Positions 9,854-20,488 of a DNA stretch of 64,000 nucleotides are shown here, piece after piece. The notes under the pieces were generated by a model, which was not told where the DNA came from, made no database searches, and saw only the letters and a list, made by a program, of their open reading frames with translations. The DNA lies in the NCBI GenBank assembly GCA_965113315.1, contig OZ220368.1; one strand, 5' to 3'. Made by a program: the position numbers and the translations under genes. The stretch comes from Podarcis vaucheri (taxonomy: Eukaryota). Positions within the stretch are counted from its first letter, which is position 1. Each line of letters begins with the position of its first letter.

Positions 9854-11395
9854 GTCTTTATGATGTAATTCTAATTTCTAAAATTCACATAAAGTGTAGT
9901 TTGCACATATGTCTATTTATTTAGTACATTTTACCTAAGTTTATTCAAGAGACAGAGAGAAATTGAGCTCCATACATGTTGTTTATATAGGGTGGTATTC
10001 ATATCAGTTGCTCTTGCTGGGATTTGTTAAATGTGAGTTTCTTCAAGAAGTAGGAAATGAGTTTCTTTTCTCATCTCAAAAGGGGGAAAAACATTTGCCA
10101 ATCATTTTTTCCTCTCTCCCAAGAAAGCTTGTAGCCAGTTGTGCTGGCCTCGTGATGTGAACTGCTTAGGAACCTTGATTAAATTGTAGCCATTACCAAC
10201 AGCTGCAGTAATGTCAAGAGTTGGCTCTGCTTTCTAAATAAATTCATAACACAGCTGCTCAGAGAAAGTTCGCTTTTGTCCCAACCTTAGTTTTCATAAA
10301 CTTAATCATGCAATCTTGGTTTATGTGGGATACAAATAGGCCAAGCGTGTCCAAGGATTCCAAGTACTGGAAAAGGTCTAAGCTTTCCAAGGAGCAACAT
10401 CTGAAATGTCAAATCACTTCCTGTAACTTGTTAAGTTTTTATTCACTTGGGTAACTCGACAATGCATCAGTTACAAGTCCCACTGCTTCAGTGGAACTTG
10501 CTTCCAAGAAAGTGTGGTTAGAATTACATCCTTTAGCTTAAAATTTATTATTATTATTATTATTACATTCTGTTTCTTGGGTTCTGGTCTTATTTTACCT
10601 TTTACATACACCATGTCTGAACTGGTAGAATGTCATTTTATGACATAAAATTGTCATTTTATCCCCACAGTGTTTTCACTTAGAATGCTCAGAAATTGGA
10701 CAAAGGTCCGGTGAGATTCTGTTAGGAGAAAGATGCCATATATTGTCTCAGTTAGACTTCACTGAAATTGCAGATTATGGTTTTCATTGTAAACCAAGAA
10801 GACAAAACCAATGTTCACCCTTCCCTTCCCGAGTTCTAATGGAATTATTCAATTAAGATTTGGATCATGCTCTCACATGGAACCTAATCAATCACAAACC
10901 TCTATTAACATTAGACTAATAAATATGTAAACTGCCAGACCTAAGCAAGAAGGGAAACAAGCTATTTATAGGCATTGCTAAGTATTCTGAGTATTTATAG
11001 TGCTTTCAGAGTATAATCAATGGGACACTAAAGATGTTAGTTTGACAACTCTAACCTTTTGATCAGATGCAAGTCTGATAGCCGTGATGGATGCTTCTGC
11101 ACTCACAACAACTCATTTCCGAACAGTATAAATATATTTCCCCATCTGTCAAGTCACAAAACTGCTATTACACAAACATTTCAAACCCTTTCACTAAATC
11201 CTTTGGAACCCTGGATGCCATGTGTAGAAGTTGCTGCTTCTGACACAGTTTTGTTTTTCTCATCTTTGGACAGGTTCTGAGGCACACACTTCGTCTGTAA
11301 GATTTAATATTGCAGCCCAGTTTATGGATGATTGTCAGGATTTATGTTTTTATTATGTTTTTAGATATGTTGCAAGCCAGCCAGATAGGCCGGGG

Positions 11396-11397
<2 letters not shown>

Positions 11398-11446
<49 letters not shown>
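11398..11446. repeat. (TTA)n microsatellite
   Basis: Read directly from the sequence. Confidence 0.95.
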
Positions 11447-11447
<1 letters not shown>

Positions 11448-11516
11448 AAAATAGTGTGTATGTCTCGTTATGAATGTTCCACTCACCCTTATTGTGTGGA
11501 TTACTTGGATGAATAT

Positions 11517-11945
11517 TGTAATGGATTTAGGGGTTGCTTGTGCGTAAGTTGCCGCCACTGCTGGCGAGGTTACCTGGTTAAACCCTTTCCGACTGAACAG
11601 CCTCCAGCATCGTGACTGTCTCAGTCGCTGGCAGAATCCGTCAGTGGGCGTTTCTTGAACCTTTTCCAGTATAAAAGTTGTATGACGCCAAGTCTCCTCC
11701 TACTCTCCCTGCACGGAAGTCTTCTGCGCAGGGAGGGTGTGGGCAACGGAGTGCCTGTACTCTCTCCGCTGGTCTCCAGAGTCTTGGAGCCTCCTCTCCG
11801 ATTCCCCCATCTACCCCCCTCTCCACTGGTGTTACGCTGATTTCCTTCCCCAGCAGATGGGCTGCCTCTCTCCCTACTGGGACTCTCTCCGGCATCCCTC
11901 TGGAGCCTTCCCTCCGCCTCTAGCTCCGATGGCAGTTCCCTGACA
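11517..11945. mobile_element. Solo LTR (429 bp)
   Basis: TG...CA ends (tgtaa...tgaca) with a 5-bp TSD aatat at 11512-11516 and 11946-11950. GC-rich against AT-rich flanks; tataaaa at 11670-11676. Confidence 0.7.
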
Positions 11946-12083
11946 AATATGAATCCACTTATTGCATTTATCCATGTAAGGATGATTAGAGCTCATTGTC
12001 ATGAAATGGCTTTAATTCACAATACATGCAATTCTTCAGAACAGAACTTTACAAATATCAGTTTTTATATATCACATATATTA

Positions 12084-12085
<2 letters not shown>

Positions 12086-12118
<33 letters not shown>
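12086..12118. repeat. (CA)n microsatellite
   Basis: Read directly from the sequence. Confidence 0.95.
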
Positions 12119-12120
<2 letters not shown>

Positions 12121-12402
12121 GTAGGACAGTAATAAAGGTCCCCTTCATGTAAACTGTGTGTAAAAAATTTATGGAGATTTTATGTATGTTTACAACAGGA
12201 TTTTCCCTTAGCCTTGAATGTTTTTCAATTTATTTAAGTTGGTTCAAATGAACCTATAGATAAGGTGCAGCAATTTCACCCCATTGGATTTATGGTGCAG
12301 TCACTTGTCAATCGCTTTCACAATTGTCAGGCTTCAGTAGCTGTTAACACTGGTATCTTTGTTTTGTTGCTAATTGTGTTTTCTTTTTTCTCCCTCTTAT
12401 AG

Positions 12403-12419
12403 CATGAGAGGCTTTCCAG
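12403..12419 (+). CDS. PPP1R12B: PPP1R12B (MYPT2) 17-nt microexon, HERLS(R)
   Basis: Long pyrimidine tract + tag acceptor and gtaagc donor. The peptide matches MYPT2 HERLSRL as I recall it and is in phase with the next exon. Confidence 0.88.
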
Positions 12420-12870
12420 GTAAGCTATTCAGAATGTCTGCTTTTCTTAAAGCATACATTTCTATATGTTTCTTCCCAGCATTTTTCTCTAAACTGCTTA
12501 TGAAGTTAGAATCAGGAATCCTGATAACCTGTCAGTGACTTAATAGGCACCCCTTACATAATATGAACTCGCTTTCCTTTCCCCAAACCAAGTTTGTTTT
12601 AACAGTGAGCAGCAAAAGGATATAAATATATAAATGTTTTTCTATTTACTTGAAGTTATCTTTCCCACACATTTGAGTTAGAGGAAAGTATTTATTGGGG
12701 AACACTTTTTTTTGTCACATATAATAGGGTATCTCTCTGCAACTCTCCTAATTCCCCCGCCCTAAATTACCCAAACACTAAAACTTTGAAAAATAGTGAT
12801 TGAGAACGATACAAGTCTGTTAGTGGCCTTAAAGTGAGTGAAGCTGTTTTTATATCATGTTTGATGCCAG

Positions 12871-13015
12871 GTTGGACGCAGCAAGTTCAAGTTCTGGCAC
12901 CAGCGATGCCTACGGGGACCGGCCCTCTGGTCGCAGTGCCTACACCAGAAGAGAGAATCGCCTGGCTGCCCTCAGCAGCAGGACGGAGGATGACAGTAGC
13001 AAGGATTATAAAAGA
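12871..13015 (+). CDS. PPP1R12B: PPP1R12B exon, (R)LDAASSSSGTSDAYGDRPSGRSAYTRRENRLAALSSRTEDDSSKDYKR
   Basis: cag acceptor and gtgagt donor; 145 nt keeps frame. Resembles MYPT2 SDSYGDR...RLATLTSRVEEDSNRDYKK. Confidence 0.92.
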
Positions 13016-14212
13016 GTGAGTAATTGAAATGGACAGGCCTTCAGTCCTTCTTTCTTCCCCACCCCCACCCCTCATTAATCAAATAAGCAGCAATTTCACA
13101 TAAAGCTAGACTCTGTTGGAAAAGAAAAGAAAAACATTAAAAATATATATGCACAAATGCCAATACAGCATAGTCCCAACAAAGAGGGACTAAAGACAAA
13201 TAAGCATCAACTGAGAGAGCAAGTTGAATGAGGAGAATTAAGAGCATTCAACAGGGCTTGGCACTGGTACATTTGTGTTTCTACCCACTGCCTCTTCCAT
13301 AGGTGTGCTGAGCAGCCTTGGGCAGGTCACCAATATTTCGCGTCTGTAAAATGTGGATTTGTTGCACTGTAAAACTTGAGATGTCGTGCAGATCTCTGGA
13401 AAGACATCCGACTTTCTGAATAGTTCACTTGGAAGATCAGTGTTATTTCATTTGCTAAAATATGTTCTGCCATTTTGCATGTTACGGAGCAGAAAGTGTA
13501 CAGTGCCACCTGGTGCAATTGCTTGTTGAGTTGGTGCTGGGGCAGGAACGGATTTGCTTCTATTTGTAGCGGTTGCCACACAAAATATGCTTTAATGTTA
13601 GTAGTAATAGTTGAAAGGCAGTAGGAATGACCTGAACGGAGTGCTGTGCATCACTTCAGATTAGGATTCATTGAGTTAACGGAGTAGTGGCATTCACACG
13701 TTTAGGGGACCCTTTCCTTGGTGGATTTTCCTACATGGAATCCTTGTGCGTGGCATATTTTCAGGTTCTTCTATGAAGCGCTATTGGAGCTTGCTTTCAT
13801 TTCACATGAACGGAAAGGATGTACTCTGGAATAATGATTAGATCTCTCTTGAGGCCGGGCAGGATCAGTTGTTCAGCTTCTTTTAGGGAAACCTGTTTGC
13901 CATTACCAGTCTTCTAATTCAGAAATACCTGATAAGTTTCCAAGGAGCACTAGGGTTCCCCTGGAAGAGAGTTGTTGTTTTTAAAGTAAATATACGCATG
14001 AGTTTGCCTGAGGATTTTTGTGCATTGGTTTTTTAACTTCCTATTCTACAATAAATGAAGATAATGATTTACATTTAATACGGCTGCGGTAAAATCTGGC
14101 CTCCGGGGTCTGAAAGCAGCAGGACGGGCATCTATTTAACTGCATTAAATGATTGTTGATGTTTCAATAGATGATACTGTGAGTTAACTCCACTTCTCTT
14201 TTTCCTATCCAG

Positions 14213-14317
14213 CTCTATGAAAGTGCTCTGTCTGAAAATCAAAAGCTGAAATCAAAACTGCAAGATGCTCAGTTGGAGCTCGTCGATATCAAGACAAAAA
14301 TTGACAAAATAGCCCAG
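14213..14317 (+). CDS. PPP1R12B: PPP1R12B exon, LYESALSENQKLKSKLQDAQLELVDIKTKIDKIAQ
   Basis: AG/GT boundaries, 105 nt; MYPT C-terminal coiled coil. Confidence 0.95.
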
Positions 14318-14569
14318 GTGAAGAGACCTAGGAAACAAGGGATGTACTGGGATTGCAGCTAGATGGAAACAAATGTTTGGCCCTGGTGATAAGGAGTTAA
14401 TAGCATTTGAAGGAGGGCTATCACTGCTTCTCAGACAAATGATAAAATAGAAGCAGTTGTGCTGTAATGTTATATTGCTTGGTTTCTTAAGAATTCTGAT
14501 TTTATTTGGAAAGTATTTCTTTGTAATACTTTCTACTTTTGTGATAACTTTGGTTTTTCTTTTCAATAG

Positions 14570-14623
14570 CAGAAGCAAGAAAAAACCTCTGATCGTTCGA
14601 GTATGCTTGAGATGGAAAAGAGG
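14570..14623 (+). CDS. PPP1R12B: PPP1R12B exon, QKQEKTSDRSSMLEMEKR
   Basis: AG/GT boundaries, 54 nt, with a tandem TAGCAG acceptor. Confidence 0.93.
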
Positions 14624-16119
14624 GTATGTGTTTCTGCTTTTTGGTGTCCACTTACGTAAAACTTAGCATGGTTTTAGAATGCATACTCATTTTAAAAGAG
14701 AAATATCACTACAGGAAGCTGATACTGTTCCTCCTTCAAGAATCCTTGGGTAATCCTGATCTCCTTGGCTTCTCATACTTGTTTACAGCATTTTTGTTAA
14801 CTGTAAAACTGTTCATTTTGGCATCCTGCCATAGTAAGATACACGGTTTGATAAATCACCACTAATGAAGCCCAGAACTTACTGTTCTAGCATGGCTGTT
14901 GATGTCATATAGTTGATTAGAGACGTTCCATTGATTGTGGTTATGTTTTGAAAACATGAGATCGAATAGAGTCAATTTTATCATAAGTTATCAAAATACG
15001 CCAACTCATTGTGTTACAATTATTTAAAATGTGCAAGTTTCTTACGAAGATGATTACCAAAAATACTTAAATTCCAGCAAAGTTTAAATCTAAAGATGAA
15101 CACATAACAAGCTTAGTATGTAAGCATATTATGTTTGTGCTACTGAATTCCCTTTATCCAGTACAAAGCTCTGTTTCTTCTTGGGCTTATTGGCATGTAA
15201 GTTCTTAAAATACCTTCCAAATACTTTCCTTGGAAAACAGTAAATCGTTTGTGGTTTCAGTGCCCCGTTTTGATTTTGTTTATTATTTGCTTGTTTTTTC
15301 CTGAAAATATTGCATTTGGGTTTTGTTTTTGTTTTTAACGGAGACACTAAAACGGAGCTTTGTAAGATGTAGGATGAGAGGTACAATTGAAGTTGGAGTT
15401 GTTGGTGGCCCACAGTGAAAGCAGCACTCACCTGGCTTCTGGTTGCATGCATTGCTGCTGCAAACTGAGAGGGAGGTCTGAGGTGGCAACAAAGCCAACA
15501 GGAGCATTGGGTTGGCTTCGTTGGTGTGTTTGCACTGCACCAACCTTACAGTCACTTCCCCACTCCCGTTTTTCATCTCAGTGCTTAGCAGCAAAGTGGA
15601 TCAGATGTGCTACTGCCTTGAAAGCAATTGCCCCTTGTTATTATCCACCAACAACTGGTATTCAGTGCCTCTTGCCTTGGAACATAGAGGTTTCTTCCAA
15701 CCATCCTGGCTCAATGCCATTGATTCTCGCCGCCTTGTCTAACACTTTCCAATATGGTGTGTGTGTTCTTTTTAAAGAGGTGCTTTCTTTGCACTCAGAG
15801 CTCTCAGCCAGAGGATAAATAAGAAAGAGTAACTAGGCACACCTTCTATCCACTATAGTAAGATGACGCTATGCCAGTTTTGTTTGTTTGGGAAATGGTA
15901 CGTCCAGTACACAGCTTCCAAACTAGTTAAATTAAGCATCCTCAGGGTGCAATTCAAACTGTACACTATCCATAGGCTGGGACTGAAAACTGAGCTCTTT
16001 TCAATGACCCCACTGGCTCCTATCAAGCTAATGACAAAACAATTGATTGTCTGTGAGGTGAAAGGAGCTGATAGGTAGTTGTGGCCAGGAAGAAACAGCA
16101 AATGGGCCTGTATAGAGCA

Positions 16120-16229
16120 CAGGTGACCCTTAAGATTCTGGATTACAACTCCTCTCATCCCTGACCATTGGCCATGCTCTCTAGGGCTAAGGGAGTTGAA
16201 GTTCAAAAACATCTGTTCCCCTATCTCTG
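16120..16229. mobile_element. Short hAT-like squamate MITE copy
   Basis: acaactcctctcatccctgaccattggccatgct...ggagttgaagttca, same family as 4005-4101. Confidence 0.5.
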
Positions 16230-16437
16230 GTGCAGAGGTTGGAGATGAGCTGTGGAAACACACCAAGAAGAGGTTTTTTTTGACATTGTTTATTCTTAGT
16301 GTAGGCCTTGTGATGTTTGACAACCTTATCAATGCTATTAATGATGCATTTTTCTGAGGGAAATACAGCCATAGTGTACATTTTCATGTAGAAAAATTAC
16401 ACCAAAAATGGTAATTGTGAAAATATTTTTTAAACAG

Positions 16438-16488
16438 GAGAAACGAGCTCTTGAGCGGAAGCTCTCAGAAATGGAAGAGGAGATGAAG
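16438..16488 (+). CDS. PPP1R12B: PPP1R12B exon, EKRALERKLSEMEEEMK
   Basis: AG/GT boundaries, 51 nt; canonical MYPT motif. Confidence 0.95.
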
Positions 16489-16689
16489 GTATGAACAATT
16501 CTTCATTTATTTTCCGCCTTCTGTACATAGTAGCATAGTTTTGGATTGTCACATGACTCTGCTGGAGTTTTTTTGCTGCAACAGATTAACAGGTGCCCCT
16601 CAGAAAATATTAGAATAGTGTGAGTCATTGTTAAAATGTTGATATTGGATTAACCATTCATGCATGCACACCACTACTAGCTATTGGGA

Positions 16690-17560
16690 ATTTATTTATT
16701 CATAAAAATATTTATAAGCCGCCTTTTATCCCTACAGGGCTCTCATGATGGTATTCAAAAACAAAAACAGATTTAGGCTATAAACCAGATTGAGAACATA
16801 CTAAAAATTCAGAGCCATGCAGAATGGAAACTGTTTTACTGCCCCCCTGGAAATAAGTAGAGAGAAGCCATTTTCACCTCCCTTGGGTGAGAGGGCCACC
16901 ATTTTGTTACTGCCACAAAAAAGGCCCTGTATCCTGCAGTCACCTCTTTAGGCAGTGGAACCACGCCACAGGGCCTTAGAAGAAGATTGTACACTCCTAT
17001 GGGAAGAGATGGCTTTTCAGATATCCTGCCTCAAGTCATCTAAGGATTTAGAGGTTAGCACCAGCATCTTGATTTGTGTCCAGAAGCCAATGCAGTTGGT
17101 ATAAAACAGAGTGAATGTGGTCTGTGCCGTGCACATCAGAAAGCAATTTGGCTGCAGTATTTTGCACCAGCTACAGTTGGCCAACCCTGTAGCCCCACAC
17201 AGTTCGTGATGCAATAAACTAAATGGCAGCTGGCTGAAGCATGCATCACTATAGCCAGATCCATCTTCTGCAGGAAGGGGCACAGCTAGTGCATCAGTCA
17301 AAACTGGGCAAAGGCATTCCTAACCGTAGCAGCAACCGGATAATCGAGGACCAATGCCAAATCCAGTAAAGCACACAAGTTGTGGGAGAGAATGCATCCC
17401 TGTCCAAAGCAGGATATAGTCCAGATAAGATTGCTGACTACCAGAACCATTGGCTTGGATTGAGCCTCAGTTTGTTGCCCCATATCTAATCCATCTCTGC
17501 ATCCAGGCAATGGTTCAGGACTTCCACAGCCTTCTTGGGGATTAGTTGATCAGATAGTGC
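16690..17560 (-). mobile_element. Old, decayed L2 LINE 3' fragment
   Basis: The left edge tttatttatt...tataagccgcc is a reversed L2 3' end. Degenerate antisense ORF2-like segments (gctgcagtattttgcaccagct) follow. Boundaries are approximate. Confidence 0.55.
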
Positions 17561-18869
17561 TTGGGTGATAGGGAGTTGGTGGATATACCAAAATTTAAAG
17601 TGTGCTAAAAGTCTGCCCAAAACTTCACTTGCATGGAAAATAGAAATGTTTCCCAGCTTGCAAGATAAACACTCCACAGTTTCGTGTTGCATTTTTTCTT
17701 GAATTTTGTATGCAGTGCCTTGCAAATGCCTCCTGAGTTTGTATGCTTCATAACTCTGAGGCTCTTACTCCTTTAGGGTGATACCATTTTATTATGAAGC
17801 AGGGTGAGGGTATCAGTTTATGTAGCAATGTGTGCTCTCAGTCCTCAGCCAACTGTTAGAAATACAGTGGCCACCAAGTATGCAGAAGTTTACCCCTGCT
17901 TTAGTGACATCACTTCAGACACAATATGGAGAGTGGCTTTTCCTGATGAAAGAAGGGATTTTTTTCTTGGTGTTCTTGCCATAGGGGTAAGAAGCAAAAG
18001 TGGACACAAGCCCTGGCCACGCAGTACTGTGCATGTCTACTCAGTGGTTGGTCCCATTGAGCTCAGTTGGGATTACTTGTGTGTAAAATATGATTGCTGC
18101 CTAAGAGAAGCACCCACTGCTGCAACATGCCAAAAACCATGTCTTTGCCAAACTAGTTCCTACTGTATAAATGCACCCAATGCTTTAGGTTTCTAAATGG
18201 GAAAGCTATTAGTAAATGTTATGAATGGTAAAAGAAAACAGAAACAACAGATTCCGTTATTGCACAGCACCTGCATGTAAAATTGCAATATGGACATAGA
18301 GAAGCCACTGCCTGTACATTGTCTGGGAAAATGCAGTCAGTTATAGTTTTTCTATGTCTCCAAACAAACCACAAGCTGCCGCCAAGGTTCCTTTTGGCTT
18401 ACCGTGTGTGGTTTGTTTGCAGAAGACAACCTGTGAGCCTGCATTCACATGTAACACTAAGCCAAACAACAGCTTAGTTCCAGGTAGTGTGGCACCAACA
18501 GAACCAGGAGTGGCAATAAGTTGTGGTGATTTTTGCTCTGTGTCCCTGCACACTTTCTTATCCATGTTTAGCTATGGTTTCACTTAGTGTTACAAGCAGA
18601 CTGTTCACTCTTTGCGTCTGTGCACAGTTTGATTGTAACTAAGGTTTGTATGCTTTGTTTCCAATCTGCCAGTAATACATTAAGGTCTCTGGCCTTGAAA
18701 TACTAAATGCCTAGTGGGTCAGACTTTGCCTTCCACTGGTTATAGTATCTCGCAGAATCATTCCTGCTAATGTTAAATAAAATTTGCTTTGGTATACAGA
18801 TTCTCTTTTACTCTGACGCACTGTGCAGGTTAAAATGTGCAGCTGACAGTTGTATAAAAAAGGCATAAG

Positions 18870-20488
18870 TGGAGCTGTGCATTCACCTCAGACTTGTGCC
18901 TCATCCATGCTGAGGATCCCTACCTCTGGGATATTTGGACCCCCTTGGGATCTGAGGTGGGCACCCAAGTCATTGGAATCACCTCAGAGGGCTTCAAATG
19001 TGTTTGATATAATTTTGTAACCTTCCTCAATCTCTTTATCAATAGAAGATGACATGCAAGTGAGGAGGCAGGCAGGCAGAAGAGGAGTTTTACAACTGAG
19101 CGCTCTAGCTTCCAATTAGGAAATTTTACCAGGCAGGCTCCTTCTTTTACTTCCAATCACAGTACTTTTGGGAGGGATATAGGAAGAATTCCCCACCTGA
19201 GCATCCCAGCAAGGGAGTGCCGCCCTCACACTGTTGCTGCATTTCTCTAGTGCACTTGATAAAGGCATTTCAGCTTGTTGATTCTTTCTCTAACAGACTC
19301 CGCTCTAGTTTTGGGGTGGAGTTTTTGCATCTTTCCCCCTCATGTTCACAAGTCAGGATGTATGTGCAGCAACAGCAGCAGCCACAATGTAATGGGCTAC
19401 TATTCTCCCACCACAATTCACTTGCTGGCTTATCCAGTGACAACAGCACTGTAGCATGTTGGGAGCCAAACAGCTGCTCTGCTCTGCTCTGCTCCTTGCC
19501 CGTTACAGTGTCACTGCTGGGTTGGCCTGCAAGTGAAAACATGGCGGGGAAATTAGTGACTTCAGCAGCATCGCTGCCAGTGTTGGGTGCTTGGGGCAGG
19601 GAGGTAAGTGTTGACTCCAGCACACTCTGCACTGGTGCAGGTCCCAACATATATGCTCTAGTTGTTGGAATATTTTCTACCTCGTGCAAGAATTGTTTTG
19701 TGTGGCTTGGTGATTGGCACACTGAACATGCCAGGTCTTACATGCCAGACTCGGTGTTCCCTTTGTCTTCTGCTGCCTCTGCCTGCCGTTCTTTCAGTGC
19801 GCTATGTCAGCTCCGAACTTGAAGCAGTTACTCTGCTCCAGCATGGTGTCTCCACACTGATTCGAGGAATGTGCCTTGTGAAGGCATGTGCCTTGCTCCT
19901 TCCTCTGTCTCTTTCTCATTGTCTCCAGAAGTGTCTGCTAGCCCCCTTGCCTGCCTTCCTCTTATCAGGCTTGCTGGTAAAGGTGCATGCATTGCTGTTT
20001 CTCTTCCTGCCTTCCTCTAATGCCAGGACTGGGGGGGGGGAGGGGTGTTGTGGGCCTTGCTGCTCACTTGGAATGCTAGACATGCAAGTTTTGCCTCATG
20101 CTCACATCAGCCCTTTTTTCTTCAGCTTTCCACTTCCTGTGACTTTGGTGCAAGGGCACCTCTACACCCACAAAACCACAGGGACAGGCATGACACCTCT
20201 TTTTTTTTCTTTAAAGAACCACACCCTCGGTTTGGCAGGCTTCATCCCCTCAGAATAGACTACAATGGAAATGTCATCCAATTCTGCCAAAATATAGGTC
20301 TTCTTGATTTTCCCCTTGTAGTCAATGGGGACGACATCGGGTGCTTCGGAAAATGAGGCGAGGCGACCCTCTGCCTTGGATCCGAGGCGAACTGCGATGT
20401 TAAGCCAAGCCACCAAGCCGAGGCAACCCCCAGTCCGAGCCAATGAGAGGTGGGTTCCAAGGCCATTTTTTTCCTGTGCACAGCCCTA
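18870..20488. mobile_element. Probable ~1.6-kb non-autonomous hAT element
   Basis: Degenerate TIRs tggagctgtgca / tgcacagcccta. Flanking 8-mers ggcataag / gtcatgag match at 6 of 8 positions. A ggatcYgaggYg motif lies near both ends. Confidence 0.5.

Noticed and set aside
9579-9924. ORFs with repeated APEI motifs; a CRISPR-like repeat array
   Set aside because: These are internal repeats of a hAT MITE, with no unique spacers and no cas genes.
19217-20258. 201-, 150- and 198-aa ORFs as a nested gene
   Set aside because: There is no recognisable domain or splice structure, and they lie inside a probable TE.
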